Assembly (NCBI GenBank): GCA_017433855.1
Contig: JAFRGM010000004.1
Span: 18,025-82,024 of the forward strand
Reading direction: 5' to 3'
From: Candidatus Saccharimonadota bacterium
Lineage (GTDB): Bacteria; Patescibacteriota; Saccharimonadia; Saccharimonadales; Saccharimonadaceae
Length of the DNA: 64,000 nt
Made by a program: the position numbers and the translations under genes. Positions within the stretch are counted from its first letter, which is position 1, and every line of letters begins with the position of its first letter. Of the stretch, positions 48,891 through 59,299 are shown piece after piece. The notes beneath the pieces are model-generated. The model ran no database searches and was not told the origin of the DNA. It saw only the letters and a program-made list of their open reading frames with translations.

Positions 48891-50333
48891 AGTTTTACTA
48901 ATAGAACTAGAATATGATGAGTAAAGGTTCTGGAAATCGTTATAAGTAGGAGTAGAGGAGCTTCTGGTTAAGCGCCAACCTTTAGGGCAGATAGAGTTCT
49001 TTGGACTTTCGGCAATAGCATTATAGGTACTGGCTGTTCTAGAGGATGTGTTATTAGATGCTACCGCAGCAGACCAGTTGTAATAGTTACCAATCTTACC
49101 ATGTTCGCCATTAGTTTCAAAAGGTTCAGTATTAAAGTTTTTGTCTGCACCTAAACAAGCTGGAGTAGTGAAGTAGTTGCAATTGGTTGAATTAAAGGTA
49201 GAACCATCCTTTTGGTAGATCTCATTACCATTGACGGTGAGGTCCCAGGAGCGAGGATTACTATTGCTATTGTCATTCGTAATACTACCACCAGTTTTGT
49301 CACCATTCTCATGTGTGGCGTTGTTGTGGTGGGTAGCCATGCTGGGGGCCCAGGTGATGAGGCCAGTGGACTCCTCGTAGGTATAGCCTAGTGAGCTATT
49401 ATAAATATCGTCGTCGTAGGTATTAAGATCTGTATTTTCTGAAGTGAGGGCGGGAACCTCATTTGGTTTGATCTCTACTAGATCTAGGTCTAGATTCTGT
49501 GTCATCCAGCACTTGCCATCTTGGGCCTTTAACACCCAGTATAGTTTTTCATCTCTAGTATCTATTAACTGGGTTTCTGTATTGTAATCTATCACGCTGT
49601 CGCAAATACTAGACGTCATATCTTGCATCGTATAGTAGCCAGTATCAACACCAGCCTTATTTTTGTAGGTAGTTTTACCGGCACTGGCAAAGGCAGAGTC
49701 AAAATCCAGCTTCGGCACATTGGTTTCCGGATGTACCAGCACATAGCGCACTTGTCCGGCATAAATGTCGGCAGCCTGAGTGGGGGCTATGTAGGCACGA
49801 TAAGTGGTAGTAATCTGCGAAGCGCCAGCCGTACCAGAGCCAGTCGCTGCATCGCGGTGTGCCACTCGTTCAAAACTTGCTGGCACCGCTTTGTAATTAT
49901 CATAATTATTGTCTATTATTGCTGGGTATAAGTTGCTGGCCACGTTAGAAACTTTCATGGCCCAGTTGGAAGCAGTGTCATTTATTCCGGTGTGAATAGC
50001 GATACCGGTATCTACACCCACAAGCGCAGTGCTATTGGTAGCACCGATTTTATTGCCAGTATACCCCACAGCGTAAATCGAGAAGCCAGCCTGGTCGTTG
50101 CAGTTCGTAGAAATGGTGGTTAGCCCAATATTTTCCTTGGCCTGCCCTAGCACAATGTTGGTGCCATGCGCGGTATTTACTGTAGCGGTCATGCTACAGG
50201 CGGTAGATACCATCACCGAAGCTTTAGAAACCGTACTGCTTGCGGCGTAAATCTCACTACCTCCCACTAGCCATACAGCCGCTACTAAACTACTAATTAA
50301 AAATTTGCTGCAAGTTACAATATGTTTGACCAT
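48681..50333 (-). CDS. Secreted FISUMP/Fib_succ_major (CLec-fold) domain protein; putative DGR target B
   Basis: Paralog of 23659-25332; CWMTQNL, GNYYNW, ICPKGWRL, YWSST, SVRCVAR. Confidence 0.85.
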   Translation of the reverse strand: MVKHIVTCSKFLISSLVAAVWLVGGSEIYAASSTVSKASVMVSTACSMTATVNTAHGTNIVLGQAKENIGLTTISTNCNDQAGFSIYAVGYTGNKIGATNSTALVGVDTGIAIHTGINDTASNWAMKVSNVASNLYPAIIDNNYDNYKAVPASFERVAHRDAATGSGTAGASQITTTYRAYIAPTQAADIYAGQVRYVLVHPETNVPKLDFDSAFASAGKTTYKNKAGVDTGYYTMQDMTSSICDSVIDYNTETQLIDTRDEKLYWVLKAQDGKCWMTQNLDLDLVEIKPNEVPALTSENTDLNTYDDDIYNSSLGYTYEESTGLITWAPSMATHHNNATHENGDKTGGSITNDNSNSNPRSWDLTVNGNEIYQKDGSTFNSTNCNYFTTPACLGADKNFNTEPFETNGEHGKIGNYYNWSAAVASNNTSSRTASTYNAIAESPKNSICPKGWRLTRSSSTPTYNDFQNLYSSYSSSISKTNGYPLWLVRAGYVYYGGMLGNSGSRGFYWSSTVYDSSCTYVMRIDSSEFILSYSNGYRGDGLSVRCVAR

Positions 50334-50543
50334 TTAACCTTCGCAACCCAGTTAATTTAATGCAAAGTCGTCTAGCAGCGCCACTTTTGTATTAGGGTCA
50401 TGCACAAAAATGGCACCACTAGGCGCCCTTCCACTGCATAGTATCGATTACACGACAGTAAAAGCCTAATGATGCCATTTTCACCGTGTAATTACTCGAT
50501 ACTATGTAATTATTATATTATTTAAATTAATAAGGAAAGGCAA
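50334..50543 (-). ncRNA. Candidate structured 5' leader RNA, copy B
   Basis: Homologous to 25333-25524 with compensatory and G-U changes. Confidence 0.65.
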
Positions 50544-50603
50544 TTTAATTATAACAAACCTTTTTCCAAAATGCAACAAAAATCTATAGCAAGCCAAGAT
50601 GTT

Positions 50604-51692
50604 TTAATAGATATACCAAAGTGCCGCCGCAGAAGATGCTGGAATTGTAGAGCGAATAGCCCGCCATGGTGTGTACCCATAATTCATCTCAGATACCACA
50701 ATTGAGCCATCTGGGTTAACTGCTTCCACAAAACCAACGTGCCCATACCAGCCAGAGGAACTTTGTAAAATCGCCCCAGCTACCGGAGTATGACTAACCG
50801 TATAGCCTGCTGCCGCAGCGTTTACACCCCAAGAATAAGCGTTACCCCAGTTGCTTGGTACATCACGTCCCATCTCATGCCACTTATACCATGCCCACTG
50901 TGTACATTGACCACCCGCGTATGGTCCACCGAGGTTATAGAACCACCCCAACACCTCAATATTTTGCCGCTCCGAAGTGCTACCAAGATAAGTATAATAA
51001 TACTGCACTACTGGTGCCACATATTCTGGGCGCTCTTTTTCCGGTAAAGTGCCACCCTTAATCAAAATACGCATCCCCTCAGAAAGACCAGACACTTCTA
51101 GATCGTTGGCTGCGATAATTTCTGCTACAGACGAACCGTATTTGGCCGCAATCGATTCTACCGTATCGTCAGACTTCACAGTGTATACTATACCAGACGA
51201 AGTAGGAATATACAGTAAATCACCTACGCTAATATCAGTATTTTTCTTGCCATTAGACCAACGAATCTGATCTGTTGATATTCCATATTTGGCCGCAATC
51301 GACTCCATCGTGTCGCCGTCTTTCACTGTGTAATTCTCTACTCCGCGCGATACGACGATATTTGTAATGTTAGGTTTCTCTAGCTTGCCGGTAGTAGAAG
51401 TTTGACCTACCTCATACATCGAAGTAGTCACCACATAGTTAGAAGCTACGTCGCTTGCAGATGCTAGACCTAGAGCATCAGAAAGATCAGCTACCACATA
51501 TAACTCTGATAGCTGATCTACCGATATCCGGTAGTTTTTTTCGGCAAACGCATCTAGTGATAGATTTGCTCCATCTCCGCGTTTGTCGAGTGACCCTATA
51601 AAAACTACCAGCAAAGTAAAAGTCGCCGCCACAAAATATGGCAATAATTGGCGTAATTTCCGAGTATTAAATTTGGATTTTCTTCTTGTCAT
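50604..51692 (-). CDS. LysM x2 plus CHAP peptidoglycan hydrolase
   Basis: YTVK.GDT..SIAAKYG twice; GQCTQW, WGNA, YGHV; ATGA overlap with upstream stop. Confidence 0.9.
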   Translation of the reverse strand: MTRRKSKFNTRKLRQLLPYFVAATFTLLVVFIGSLDKRGDGANLSLDAFAEKNYRISVDQLSELYVVADLSDALGLASASDVASNYVVTTSMYEVGQTSTTGKLEKPNITNIVVSRGVENYTVKDGDTMESIAAKYGISTDQIRWSNGKKNTDISVGDLLYIPTSSGIVYTVKSDDTVESIAAKYGSSVAEIIAANDLEVSGLSEGMRILIKGGTLPEKERPEYVAPVVQYYYTYLGSTSERQNIEVLGWFYNLGGPYAGGQCTQWAWYKWHEMGRDVPSNWGNAYSWGVNAAAAGYTVSHTPVAGAILQSSSGWYGHVGFVEAVNPDGSIVVSEMNYGYTPWRAIRSTIPASSAAALWYIY

Positions 51693-53110
51693 AATGAAAC
51701 TTGACAGAGCTTCGAGCAATATTTGGCCGCATTCTGAGCATGCTCTGAGTCTGTATAACTATAATACATCATTCCATCGTCTCCTGTCAAGAAATAGAGA
51801 TAAGAAGTATCGGATGGCTCTGCCACAGCGAGTAGTGCTGAAAGCCCTGGGTTGGAGATTGGCCCGCAGGGCAGCCCAGCGTGCAACCTAGTGTTATAGC
51901 AAGAATCGATCAGCAAAGCCGATTGATTATCTTTGTATGTTTCGCGGTTCGGGTCCACTATGTCTAGCGCATAAGTTACTGTTACATCGCTACCAAGCGC
52001 CATACCTTGCTCTAGCCTACTTAAAAAAACTTGTGCCACGGTTGGCTGGTCTGCGCTCTTAGCCTCTTTTTGTACGATTGATGCTAGGGTAATACCTTCA
52101 AACAAGGTCAACCCATGCGCCTTGTATTTTGCCACCAAATCGTTCTCGGCAATAATTTCACCAGTCCCCATTAAAAATATTTTCAAAATCTCTTCTACCG
52201 ACGTATTAGTATAAAATTCGCGCGTTTCACCAAAAATGTAACCTTCTAGGGTAGCTCCAGCCGGCCGTTCCTTTAAAAACTCCAGTCCTGCCTCATTGCT
52301 ATAGTCGTGCCGAAAAGCTGCATCGATCTCGGCTGCATCATAACCATGCTCAAGAAGCATCTCTTTGATGTCAAAAATTGTCTCGCCTGGCTTTATTGTT
52401 ATACTGAATACATCTGGCACCATGGCGGCTTCCATATCTGCCCACATTTGTTCGCGCTCGCGGAGCTGATTTTGGCGCCAAATCACTACGCCCACTATCG
52501 CCACAATTATTAGTATTAAGGCAATTGGCGAAATTATCAAAAATTTCTTTAACGTGTTCTTTGTTTTTCTAGCATTCAAAGCAATTTTGTCGCCCTGTTT
52601 CTTGGCAATTCCCTTTGTGTTTTTGGCTATTTTCTTAGTCTCTGCCACCACCGGGTTGATATTTTCTAAAATCTGGTCAACCTTAGCGGCCTCCTTTTTG
52701 TAGGCACTCTCGTTAAAGTTTTCGATAAAATCTTGCAATATGATTGTGGCTGCTTCAGCATCAATATCGCCTTTGACGTATTTTTTCTTTCGTTGCTTCA
52801 GCCGACTCTCGGCTTCTACCGAGGTTAGTGATTCATCCTGAAAGCGCACCTTAGCGCCAGGGATTTTTTCAGTTAAGACTCTTGCAAAGTTCCGGACATA
52901 TAGCGACTGCTTAGTTTCGTTGCCCTCGTTGCTACGCGGCAACCCTAGCACAAAGAAATTGGTAGTATTGATGCGCGAGAGCTTAGCAAGTTCCTGCCAC
53001 ATAGTGTCGCCCGTCTCAACAAACCCCACCGGCACTGCAATTCTAGTGCTCGAATCTACTTTGGCTACGCCAATGCGTTTCTCGCCTACGTCTAAACCGA
53101 TAATTTTCAT
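51689..53110 (-). CDS. Fusion of RuvX/YqgF nuclease and MltG endolytic transglycosylase
   Basis: GLDVGEKRIGVA, DESLTS, DAEAATIIL; TM; LEGYIF, ASIVQKE, LPCGPISNPG, YLYF. Confidence 0.88.
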   Translation of the reverse strand: MKIIGLDVGEKRIGVAKVDSSTRIAVPVGFVETGDTMWQELAKLSRINTTNFFVLGLPRSNEGNETKQSLYVRNFARVLTEKIPGAKVRFQDESLTSVEAESRLKQRKKKYVKGDIDAEAATIILQDFIENFNESAYKKEAAKVDQILENINPVVAETKKIAKNTKGIAKKQGDKIALNARKTKNTLKKFLIISPIALILIIVAIVGVVIWRQNQLREREQMWADMEAAMVPDVFSITIKPGETIFDIKEMLLEHGYDAAEIDAAFRHDYSNEAGLEFLKERPAGATLEGYIFGETREFYTNTSVEEILKIFLMGTGEIIAENDLVAKYKAHGLTLFEGITLASIVQKEAKSADQPTVAQVFLSRLEQGMALGSDVTVTYALDIVDPNRETYKDNQSALLIDSCYNTRLHAGLPCGPISNPGLSALLAVAEPSDTSYLYFLTGDDGMMYYSYTDSEHAQNAAKYCSKLCQVSL

Positions 53111-53111
53111 A

Positions 53112-54838
53112 CTATTTTTCGTTTACCTCGATGTTTACGGTGATTTTATCGGTATTGTTTGGTACTGACATCACCCACGGGAAATTGCCCTCAATACTAA
53201 TCTTACTAATGCCATCAAACGACTTTTCCAAATCTTGTCGCGCGGTACCAATACCTTTGCCCTTTACAATTTCTGCCACTTCGCTTTCGGTAATCTTTGG
53301 GCCAGCCACATACGAAGTCTTTAACTTGGCCACGTAACCATCGTCGGTCTTGGTGAAGTTTTCTACAATGGGTCATTCATCTCGTAGATTTTATAGTTCT
53401 CGGCTAGCTTAGCCTTTTCGCGGATAAACTCTTCTACTTTGGTGGCATCAATTATGGCAATGGTATCAGTTACCGTAACGGTGAGTTTTGCCTTCTCACC
53501 TTCTTTTACTTCTTCACCCAGTGCCGGTACAGATACTCCATCGTCTACGGTTTGCTTAAACGAGGCATCAATCACAAAAGCCGTATCGCTAATAGTGCTT
53601 AGCAATTTTTCCTTGTTAATATTTTCATTGGTGGTTTCAATTTTTGCTTTAGCCGCATCGATATCAGATTGCTGAACCACGGTTATCACTTCGTCTGTGC
53701 CGCCACTGATTGGCTTGTCGGAATATACACCCACATTTGCTACGGTTTTCCAAGCAGTGGTGTTTGGCGCTACGTCGTATTCGGAGCCTGGATTTTCTGC
53801 CGTCACGGCAATTTGTGCCGATACCAAGCAGCCAGATAGTAGTAATGACCTAGTGTCGCCATCGTTGTCGCAGCGTGTGGTTTTGTCACTGTCGTAGGCT
53901 AAAGTCACCGCCTCTTGAGCAACATACGAGAGTTTATTGTCATAGGTAAAAACCGTCCCAACATTAACAGTTACCTGACCGTTTTCCTTGAAATAGGCAT
54001 AAATCACTAAATTTCCAGTAGCTTTTGCGCCAACGTTTTTCTTACCGGTAGCCTCAAACTCTACCTCTAGCTTTTCTTCCGTCTTCTTCTCTTCTAGGTA
54101 AAACTTGCCAGCCGAAGCGTCTTCAGCGGTTATATCATTGGTGAAGGTTACATTTTCAGAGAAATTTGCAGAAGTTGTACGAATCCCAACTGTAACCGTT
54201 ACTGCCGGCACAATCGCAAACATCCAAATCATGACTAGAATAAGCAATATAGCACCTACACCACACGGAACCAAGATCTTCTTGTGCTCTTTCATCCATA
54301 GCGCAATCTTGTTGTCGCCGAGTTTACGCGCGAGTGCTGAAGTCTTAGCGGGCTTCGCTTTATCGCTCTGCCGAGTGACTTCCTCAGCATCTTTCTCGTT
54401 AGTCTCCTCGGTCTCATCACGAAGCTCGTCATCTAGGAAACCACTTTTGCCTTCTAGTAAAGGCTCCGCGGTTTCAATAGTGTCCTCTTCTGCTGTAATC
54501 TTATCACCGCCATCTTCAACAATTTTTTCCTTTACGGTGGTATCTACTTCGGCCGTTTCGGCTTGTGGAATTGCTGGCGCAGATTGTAAGTTTTTGGTGA
54601 CTGGCAATTTAGTCGCCGCCGCCAACTTAATAATAGACGGATCTGTCGTTACTAGTACAATATTTTTCTCGGCATTTGCTCCGGCTTTTGTAATGAGTTT
54701 GATGTTTACAATACTACGAAACACACTGGCTTTTTTAGGCGGCACAAGTGCTACGATTTTCTCCTTAGAGTTTTCTATTTTAGTGATAATATCCGTGATA
54801 TCATCTTCTGGCTCGATATACAACACGTCCTTGTTCAT
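53112..54838 (-). pseudogene. Membrane protein with baseplate-J-like domain, split by 1-bp frameshift near 53367 (or sequence error)
   Basis: ORF 53363-54838 ends NDPL*; the -1 frame continues VENFTKTDDGYVAKLKTS to 53112. Confidence 0.65.
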
Positions 54839-54887
54839 ACATTAATTTTACCACATTTTATTCTACTTGTGCTAAAATTGTCGTAAG

Positions 54888-56105
54888 ATGACTTTATTTA
54901 AACGAGCCAAAGCTGCCCAGTCTGCACCGTCCGCGCCTACCAACCAAGCTTCACTTGCCGAGTTAGCGCTTTTTACCATTCACGATGGTGTTATTATTAC
55001 TGATGCCGCCGGCACAATTCGCTACATCAACCCAGCCGCGCTGAGTATGCTAGACCTCAAAAGTATCAACAATGCTATTGGCTTTGATTATGCTATTTTG
55101 CTCAAAATAGAAGCCAAAGAGGGTCGTGAATTGCCCGATGCCGAAAACTTACTCTATCAGGCGATGCGTACCGGCCAGCCCCTCGATGGTTATCAGGCTA
55201 GTCTCATCGTTGGTAACTCCGCTAAGCGCCTACCTATCGCCATCAGTGTCATTCCGGCCGCGGCCAATAATCGCATTATTACTTTTCGCAATATCACGCG
55301 CGAGCTTGCCGAAGAGGGCGAGCAGACCGAGTTCATTTCCACCGCTTCGCACGAGATGCGCACGCCCGTCGCTTCTATAGAAGGGTATCTTTCGCTTGCA
55401 CTTAATCCTCAAACCGCTACCATAGACGAGCGCGCGCGAGGTTATCTAGAGTCGGCTCATGCCGCCGCTAAGCATCTGGGCCATCTATTTCAAGATTTGC
55501 TCGATGTCACCAAGCTCGATGATGGCCGTATTCGCCCGCAGTTTGTGCCGGTCGAACTAGTCGGGCTAGTTAAGCAGATTGCAGACTCTTTTATAGTTGC
55601 GGCAAACCAAGCTGGTCTTAAGTATCAATTTGGTGCTCGCGACAATAGTCCAGCCGCCCCTGCCCACCATCTCGACCAAGTCGTTTACGGGTTTGTGGAT
55701 GTCAATTTCATGCGTGAAATTATCAGCAATTTAGTCGAAAACGCCATCAAGTACACTCCAGAGGGCGGCGCCATTTACGTCAACGTGCGTGGCGATGGTG
55801 ACCGCGCGCTTATTAATGTTACCGATACCGGCATTGGCATTTCCGCAGACGACATCAGCCACATTTTCCAAAAGTTCTATCGTGCCGACAATTCCGATAC
55901 GCGCACTGTCGGCGGCACCGGCCTCGGGCTTTATCTAGTCAAGCAACGGGTCGAGGCTATGGGTGGTCGTGTCTGGGCCGAGTCTGGTTTTGGCGAAGGT
56001 TCCACCTTTTTCGTGTCCCTACCGCGCATCACAAGCGCCGAATATGAAAAACGTATGATTGCTGTTCGTAATGCAAATATGGTAAAACAAGGAGGTTTAC
56101 AATGA
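54888..56105 (+). CDS. Cytoplasmic PAS sensor histidine kinase
   Basis: PAS (DGVIITD..G.I.YINP), SHEMRTP, ENAIKY, DTGIG, GGTGLGL. Confidence 0.93.
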   Translation: MTLFKRAKAAQSAPSAPTNQASLAELALFTIHDGVIITDAAGTIRYINPAALSMLDLKSINNAIGFDYAILLKIEAKEGRELPDAENLLYQAMRTGQPLDGYQASLIVGNSAKRLPIAISVIPAAANNRIITFRNITRELAEEGEQTEFISTASHEMRTPVASIEGYLSLALNPQTATIDERARGYLESAHAAAKHLGHLFQDLLDVTKLDDGRIRPQFVPVELVGLVKQIADSFIVAANQAGLKYQFGARDNSPAAPAHHLDQVVYGFVDVNFMREIISNLVENAIKYTPEGGAIYVNVRGDGDRALINVTDTGIGISADDISHIFQKFYRADNSDTRTVGGTGLGLYLVKQRVEAMGGRVWAESGFGEGSTFFVSLPRITSAEYEKRMIAVRNANMVKQGGLQ

Positions 56106-56470
56106 AAATAATGGTAGTAGAAGATGATGCTGCTCTGCGTGAAATCTACAGCATTCGTATTACAGCCGAGGGCTACGAAGTTGTATCTGCTGGTGACGGC
56201 GAAGAGGCTTTGGCTGTTGCAGTGCGCGAGCGTCCAGATTTAATCTTGGCCGATGTTATGATGCCTAAAATATCCGGTTTCGATATGTTAGACATTTTGC
56301 GCAACACCCCAGAAACCGCAAATATTCACGTTATTATGATGACGGCTCTTTCCGGTGATGAACAGCGCGAGCGCGGCGAACGTTTAGGTTGCGACCGCTA
56401 CCTAGTCAAATCGCAAATCGGCATCGAAGACGTTATCAATGCTATCCACGAGGTGCTAGGAGATAAATAA
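56102..56470 (+). CDS. Single-domain response regulator
   Basis: VVEDD, PDLILADVMMP, YLVK. Confidence 0.92.
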   Translation: MKIMVVEDDAALREIYSIRITAEGYEVVSAGDGEEALAVAVRERPDLILADVMMPKISGFDMLDILRNTPETANIHVIMMTALSGDEQRERGERLGCDRYLVKSQIGIEDVINAIHEVLGDK

Positions 56471-57175
56471 ATGGAGATGGCTTTGCGTCTCAATAAATTT
56501 CTCGCTGCGCGGCTCGGGCTTTCGCGTCGCGAGGCTGATGCTGCCATCGCCTCCGGCAAAGTTACTATAGATGGTAAGCCCGCTGTGCTAGGGGCTCATA
56601 TTGACAAAACTAATAAAGTATGCTATAATGGTAAACATATACCCTATGCGGTAGATTACTTGTATGTTGCCATGAACAAGCCTGTCGGCTATGTTTGCTC
56701 GCGCCGCGCTCAGGGGTCAGCCCCCACATTATACGAGCTTTTGCCCGCTAAGTATCATAATCTTAAAACTGTTGGCCGCCTCGATAAAGACTCCTCTGGT
56801 CTAATTTTGCTCACTAATGATGGTGATTTCGCCTTCCAAATGACCCACCCCAAGTTCCATAAGGAGAAAGTTTACGAAGTTGAGCTAAATCGCCCACTAG
56901 AGCCACTCCATCAACAAATGATTTCTGACTATGGCATTATGCTGGAAGATGGCCCATCCAAGTTTACCATAGTTAAACAATCCGCGCCCACTAGTCAGGC
57001 CAAACCACCTGTTAAAGCCGCCTACACTGTGATTTTATCTGAAGGTCGCAATCGCCAAATCCGTCGCACCTTTGCCGCCCTAGGCTACAAAGTCACCAAG
57101 TTGCATCGCACCCAATTTGGCAAATATCAACTTTCTGGACTAGAGCCCGGCCAGTGTGTTATAATTAAACCATGA
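56471..57175 (+). CDS. rRNA pseudouridine synthase (RsuA/RluB family)
   Basis: S4 domain, NKPVG, VGRLDKDSSGL, EGRNRQIRR. Confidence 0.92.
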   Translation: MEMALRLNKFLAARLGLSRREADAAIASGKVTIDGKPAVLGAHIDKTNKVCYNGKHIPYAVDYLYVAMNKPVGYVCSRRAQGSAPTLYELLPAKYHNLKTVGRLDKDSSGLILLTNDGDFAFQMTHPKFHKEKVYEVELNRPLEPLHQQMISDYGIMLEDGPSKFTIVKQSAPTSQAKPPVKAAYTVILSEGRNRQIRRTFAALGYKVTKLHRTQFGKYQLSGLEPGQCVIIKP

Positions 57176-58395
57176 GCACGATTCTAGGTCTCGATATCGG
57201 CACAGAATTCGTGAAAGCTGTGCTAGCACGGCCGTCCAAAAAAGGCGACCTTGAGATTTTGGGTGCAGCGAAGGCCAAACAAAAAGATGGTAGTATGTAT
57301 GCCGGTGCCATTGCCGACATTCCAGCCGTAGTCTCCACCTGTGAAGAAGCCTTAGTTAAGGTAGAGGATGCCGCTGGTGAGCGAGCTAATCTTACTGTGG
57401 TCGGCATTGCGGGCGAGCTTATCAAGGGCAATACTACCACCGTTCGCTATACTCGTCCCAACCCCGGCCGACCAATTTCCGAGCCAGAGATGCAAGAAAT
57501 CATCAAAAAAGTCCAACAGAAAGCTGGTGAAGTTGCCCGCAAAACCGTTGCACTCGAGACCGGCAACGACAGTGTCGAAGTGCGTCTTATCAACTCAGCC
57601 ATCGTTTCCCTCACGATTGACGGTTATAAAATCATGAACCCAATTGGCTTCAAAGGTTCAGAAGTCTCCATTTTGGTGTATACTGCATTCGCTCCATTAA
57701 TTCATGTGGCCGCCATCGAGAAAGTCTGTGCTGAGCTTAACCTTGATTTGCTCACCGTAGCAGTAGAACCTTTTGCGGTTTGTCGTGCCTGCCTGGGTGA
57801 CGACCTAGACTCCAATTTCTCTGCTGTAGTCATGGATATTGGCGGCGGCACCACCGACATCGCCATCGTAGAAGACGGTGGTGTAGAGGGTACTAAAATG
57901 TTCTCAATCGGTGGTCGTAGCTTCACGCATCAAATCGCAGAATCTCTCGGCATAGATTATGCTACCGCCGAAAAATACAAGCTATCCTTTGATTCTACCA
58001 ATCTCGACGATCGTCTCAAGGCTAAGATCGAAACCGCCCTTTCTCGCAACCTCAGCGTTTGGCTGACTGGTGTTGAAGTGGCCCTCGAAGAATTTGCAGG
58101 GTCAGGGCCTTTCCCGCGCAATGTTATCTTGTGTGGTGGCGGTGCTAGCCTCTCCCTCTTGCAAGAAAAACTCGCTATGTCTGATTGGTATACGAGATTG
58201 CCGTTTTCTCGTCGCCCAGTAATTCATCTTCTGGACGTCGCAGAGCTGCCCAACCTACTTTCCAGAGAGAAGTTCTCACTAGACCATTCTTATGCCACCG
58301 CACTTGGTCTGCTTCGGGTCGGCACCGATACCCTAGCTGGCGCTCCAGAAGAAAACAAGCTAAAAGCCAAGATTAGCAAAATCTTACAGAATTAG
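57172..58395 (+). CDS. FtsA-like actin-family ATPase
   Basis: GLDIGT, DIGGGTTD, GGRSFT, LCGGG. Confidence 0.8.
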   Translation: MSTILGLDIGTEFVKAVLARPSKKGDLEILGAAKAKQKDGSMYAGAIADIPAVVSTCEEALVKVEDAAGERANLTVVGIAGELIKGNTTTVRYTRPNPGRPISEPEMQEIIKKVQQKAGEVARKTVALETGNDSVEVRLINSAIVSLTIDGYKIMNPIGFKGSEVSILVYTAFAPLIHVAAIEKVCAELNLDLLTVAVEPFAVCRACLGDDLDSNFSAVVMDIGGGTTDIAIVEDGGVEGTKMFSIGGRSFTHQIAESLGIDYATAEKYKLSFDSTNLDDRLKAKIETALSRNLSVWLTGVEVALEEFAGSGPFPRNVILCGGGASLSLLQEKLAMSDWYTRLPFSRRPVIHLLDVAELPNLLSREKFSLDHSYATALGLLRVGTDTLAGAPEENKLKAKISKILQN

Positions 58396-58407
58396 CCTTA
58401 TATTTAT

Positions 58408-58436
58408 ATTATAGCACAATTTGGTAAAAAAGTCAA
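58408..58436 (-). promoter_or_regulatory. Consensus sigma70 promoter pointing antisense into ftsA-like gene
   Basis: TTGACT-17-TATAAT with TG extension on - strand. Confidence 0.55.
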
Positions 58437-58526
58437 GTATACAGTGGTACTACTAGACAAAACTGCCAAACTATGATATAATGAAAGTGGTCTGACAGCC
58501 AAAGAAACTATAAAGGGGGATTTTTT

Positions 58527-59222
58527 ATGATTATTCTTACGGATTTGTCAGAAGTACTGATTCGCGGTGTTATCGGTGCGGATCAATACATCAAGGAACG
58601 CTATGGCGTTAAGGTGGCCGAATCGTGCGTGCTGCGTCACCGCGCCATCAACGAGCGCTTCTGCGATATGCTTCGTGGCAGGCTCACCGAGGACCAGTAC
58701 TGGGAGACGTTTTTTAGTGGTCACAGCTGGCCGTTCGGCGTCGAGGAGGCCAAGGCTGCACTTTCGTGGAACCTTGCGCAGGCCATCCCGGACACGCTCA
58801 AGGTGTATCAAGAAATCATTGCCTATCCGCGCAGCAACGAGGACAAGCGCCTCGGCATGGCGGAAGGGATGCCCACGATTTACCTCGTAAGCGACCACAT
58901 CACCGAGCGTCTCGATCAGATCAAGGCTCTGCACCCCGGTATCTTCAAGGTCGTAAAGCGTGAGTTTTGGTCCTGCGAGCTCGGCCAGATTAAACGGGAC
59001 CCCGGCTTTTTTGAGAATCTTCTCGAGAAAGAGCACCTGCGCCCCGAAGAAGTCATCTTCATTGATGACAATGTGGCCAACATCGCCACCGCCTCGCGTC
59101 TTGGTGTTCCCGGCATCCGTTTCCAGAATGCCACGCAGCTCAGAACCGTTCTGCGTGAAACCTATGGTTTTGTCTTCGCTGGTGACGCGGAACGCGAGGC
59201 TGCCGCTAGAAAGCACTACTAA
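58527..59222 (+). CDS. HAD-superfamily hydrolase (stand-alone gene)
   Basis: ILTDLSEVL (atypical motif I), SCELGQIK, IFIDD..AN; GGGGG RBS. Confidence 0.8.
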   Translation: MIILTDLSEVLIRGVIGADQYIKERYGVKVAESCVLRHRAINERFCDMLRGRLTEDQYWETFFSGHSWPFGVEEAKAALSWNLAQAIPDTLKVYQEIIAYPRSNEDKRLGMAEGMPTIYLVSDHITERLDQIKALHPGIFKVVKREFWSCELGQIKRDPGFFENLLEKEHLRPEEVIFIDDNVANIATASRLGVPGIRFQNATQLRTVLRETYGFVFAGDAEREAAARKHY

Positions 59223-59231
59223 GAGCACTAT

Positions 59232-59265
59232 CGCACCTTAAGCGCCCCCACTCGGGGCGCTTTTT
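59232..59265 (+). terminator. CGCACCTTAA motif plus terminator
   Basis: AAGCGCCCC-CACTC-GGGGCGCTTTTT. Confidence 0.85.
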
Positions 59266-59299
59266 CTTATTTTACCCTATTTTATGGTATAATTAAGTC

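Noticed and set aside
53112-54838. Prophage suggested by the baseplate-J-like domain
   Set aside because: No other phage genes; embedded among housekeeping genes
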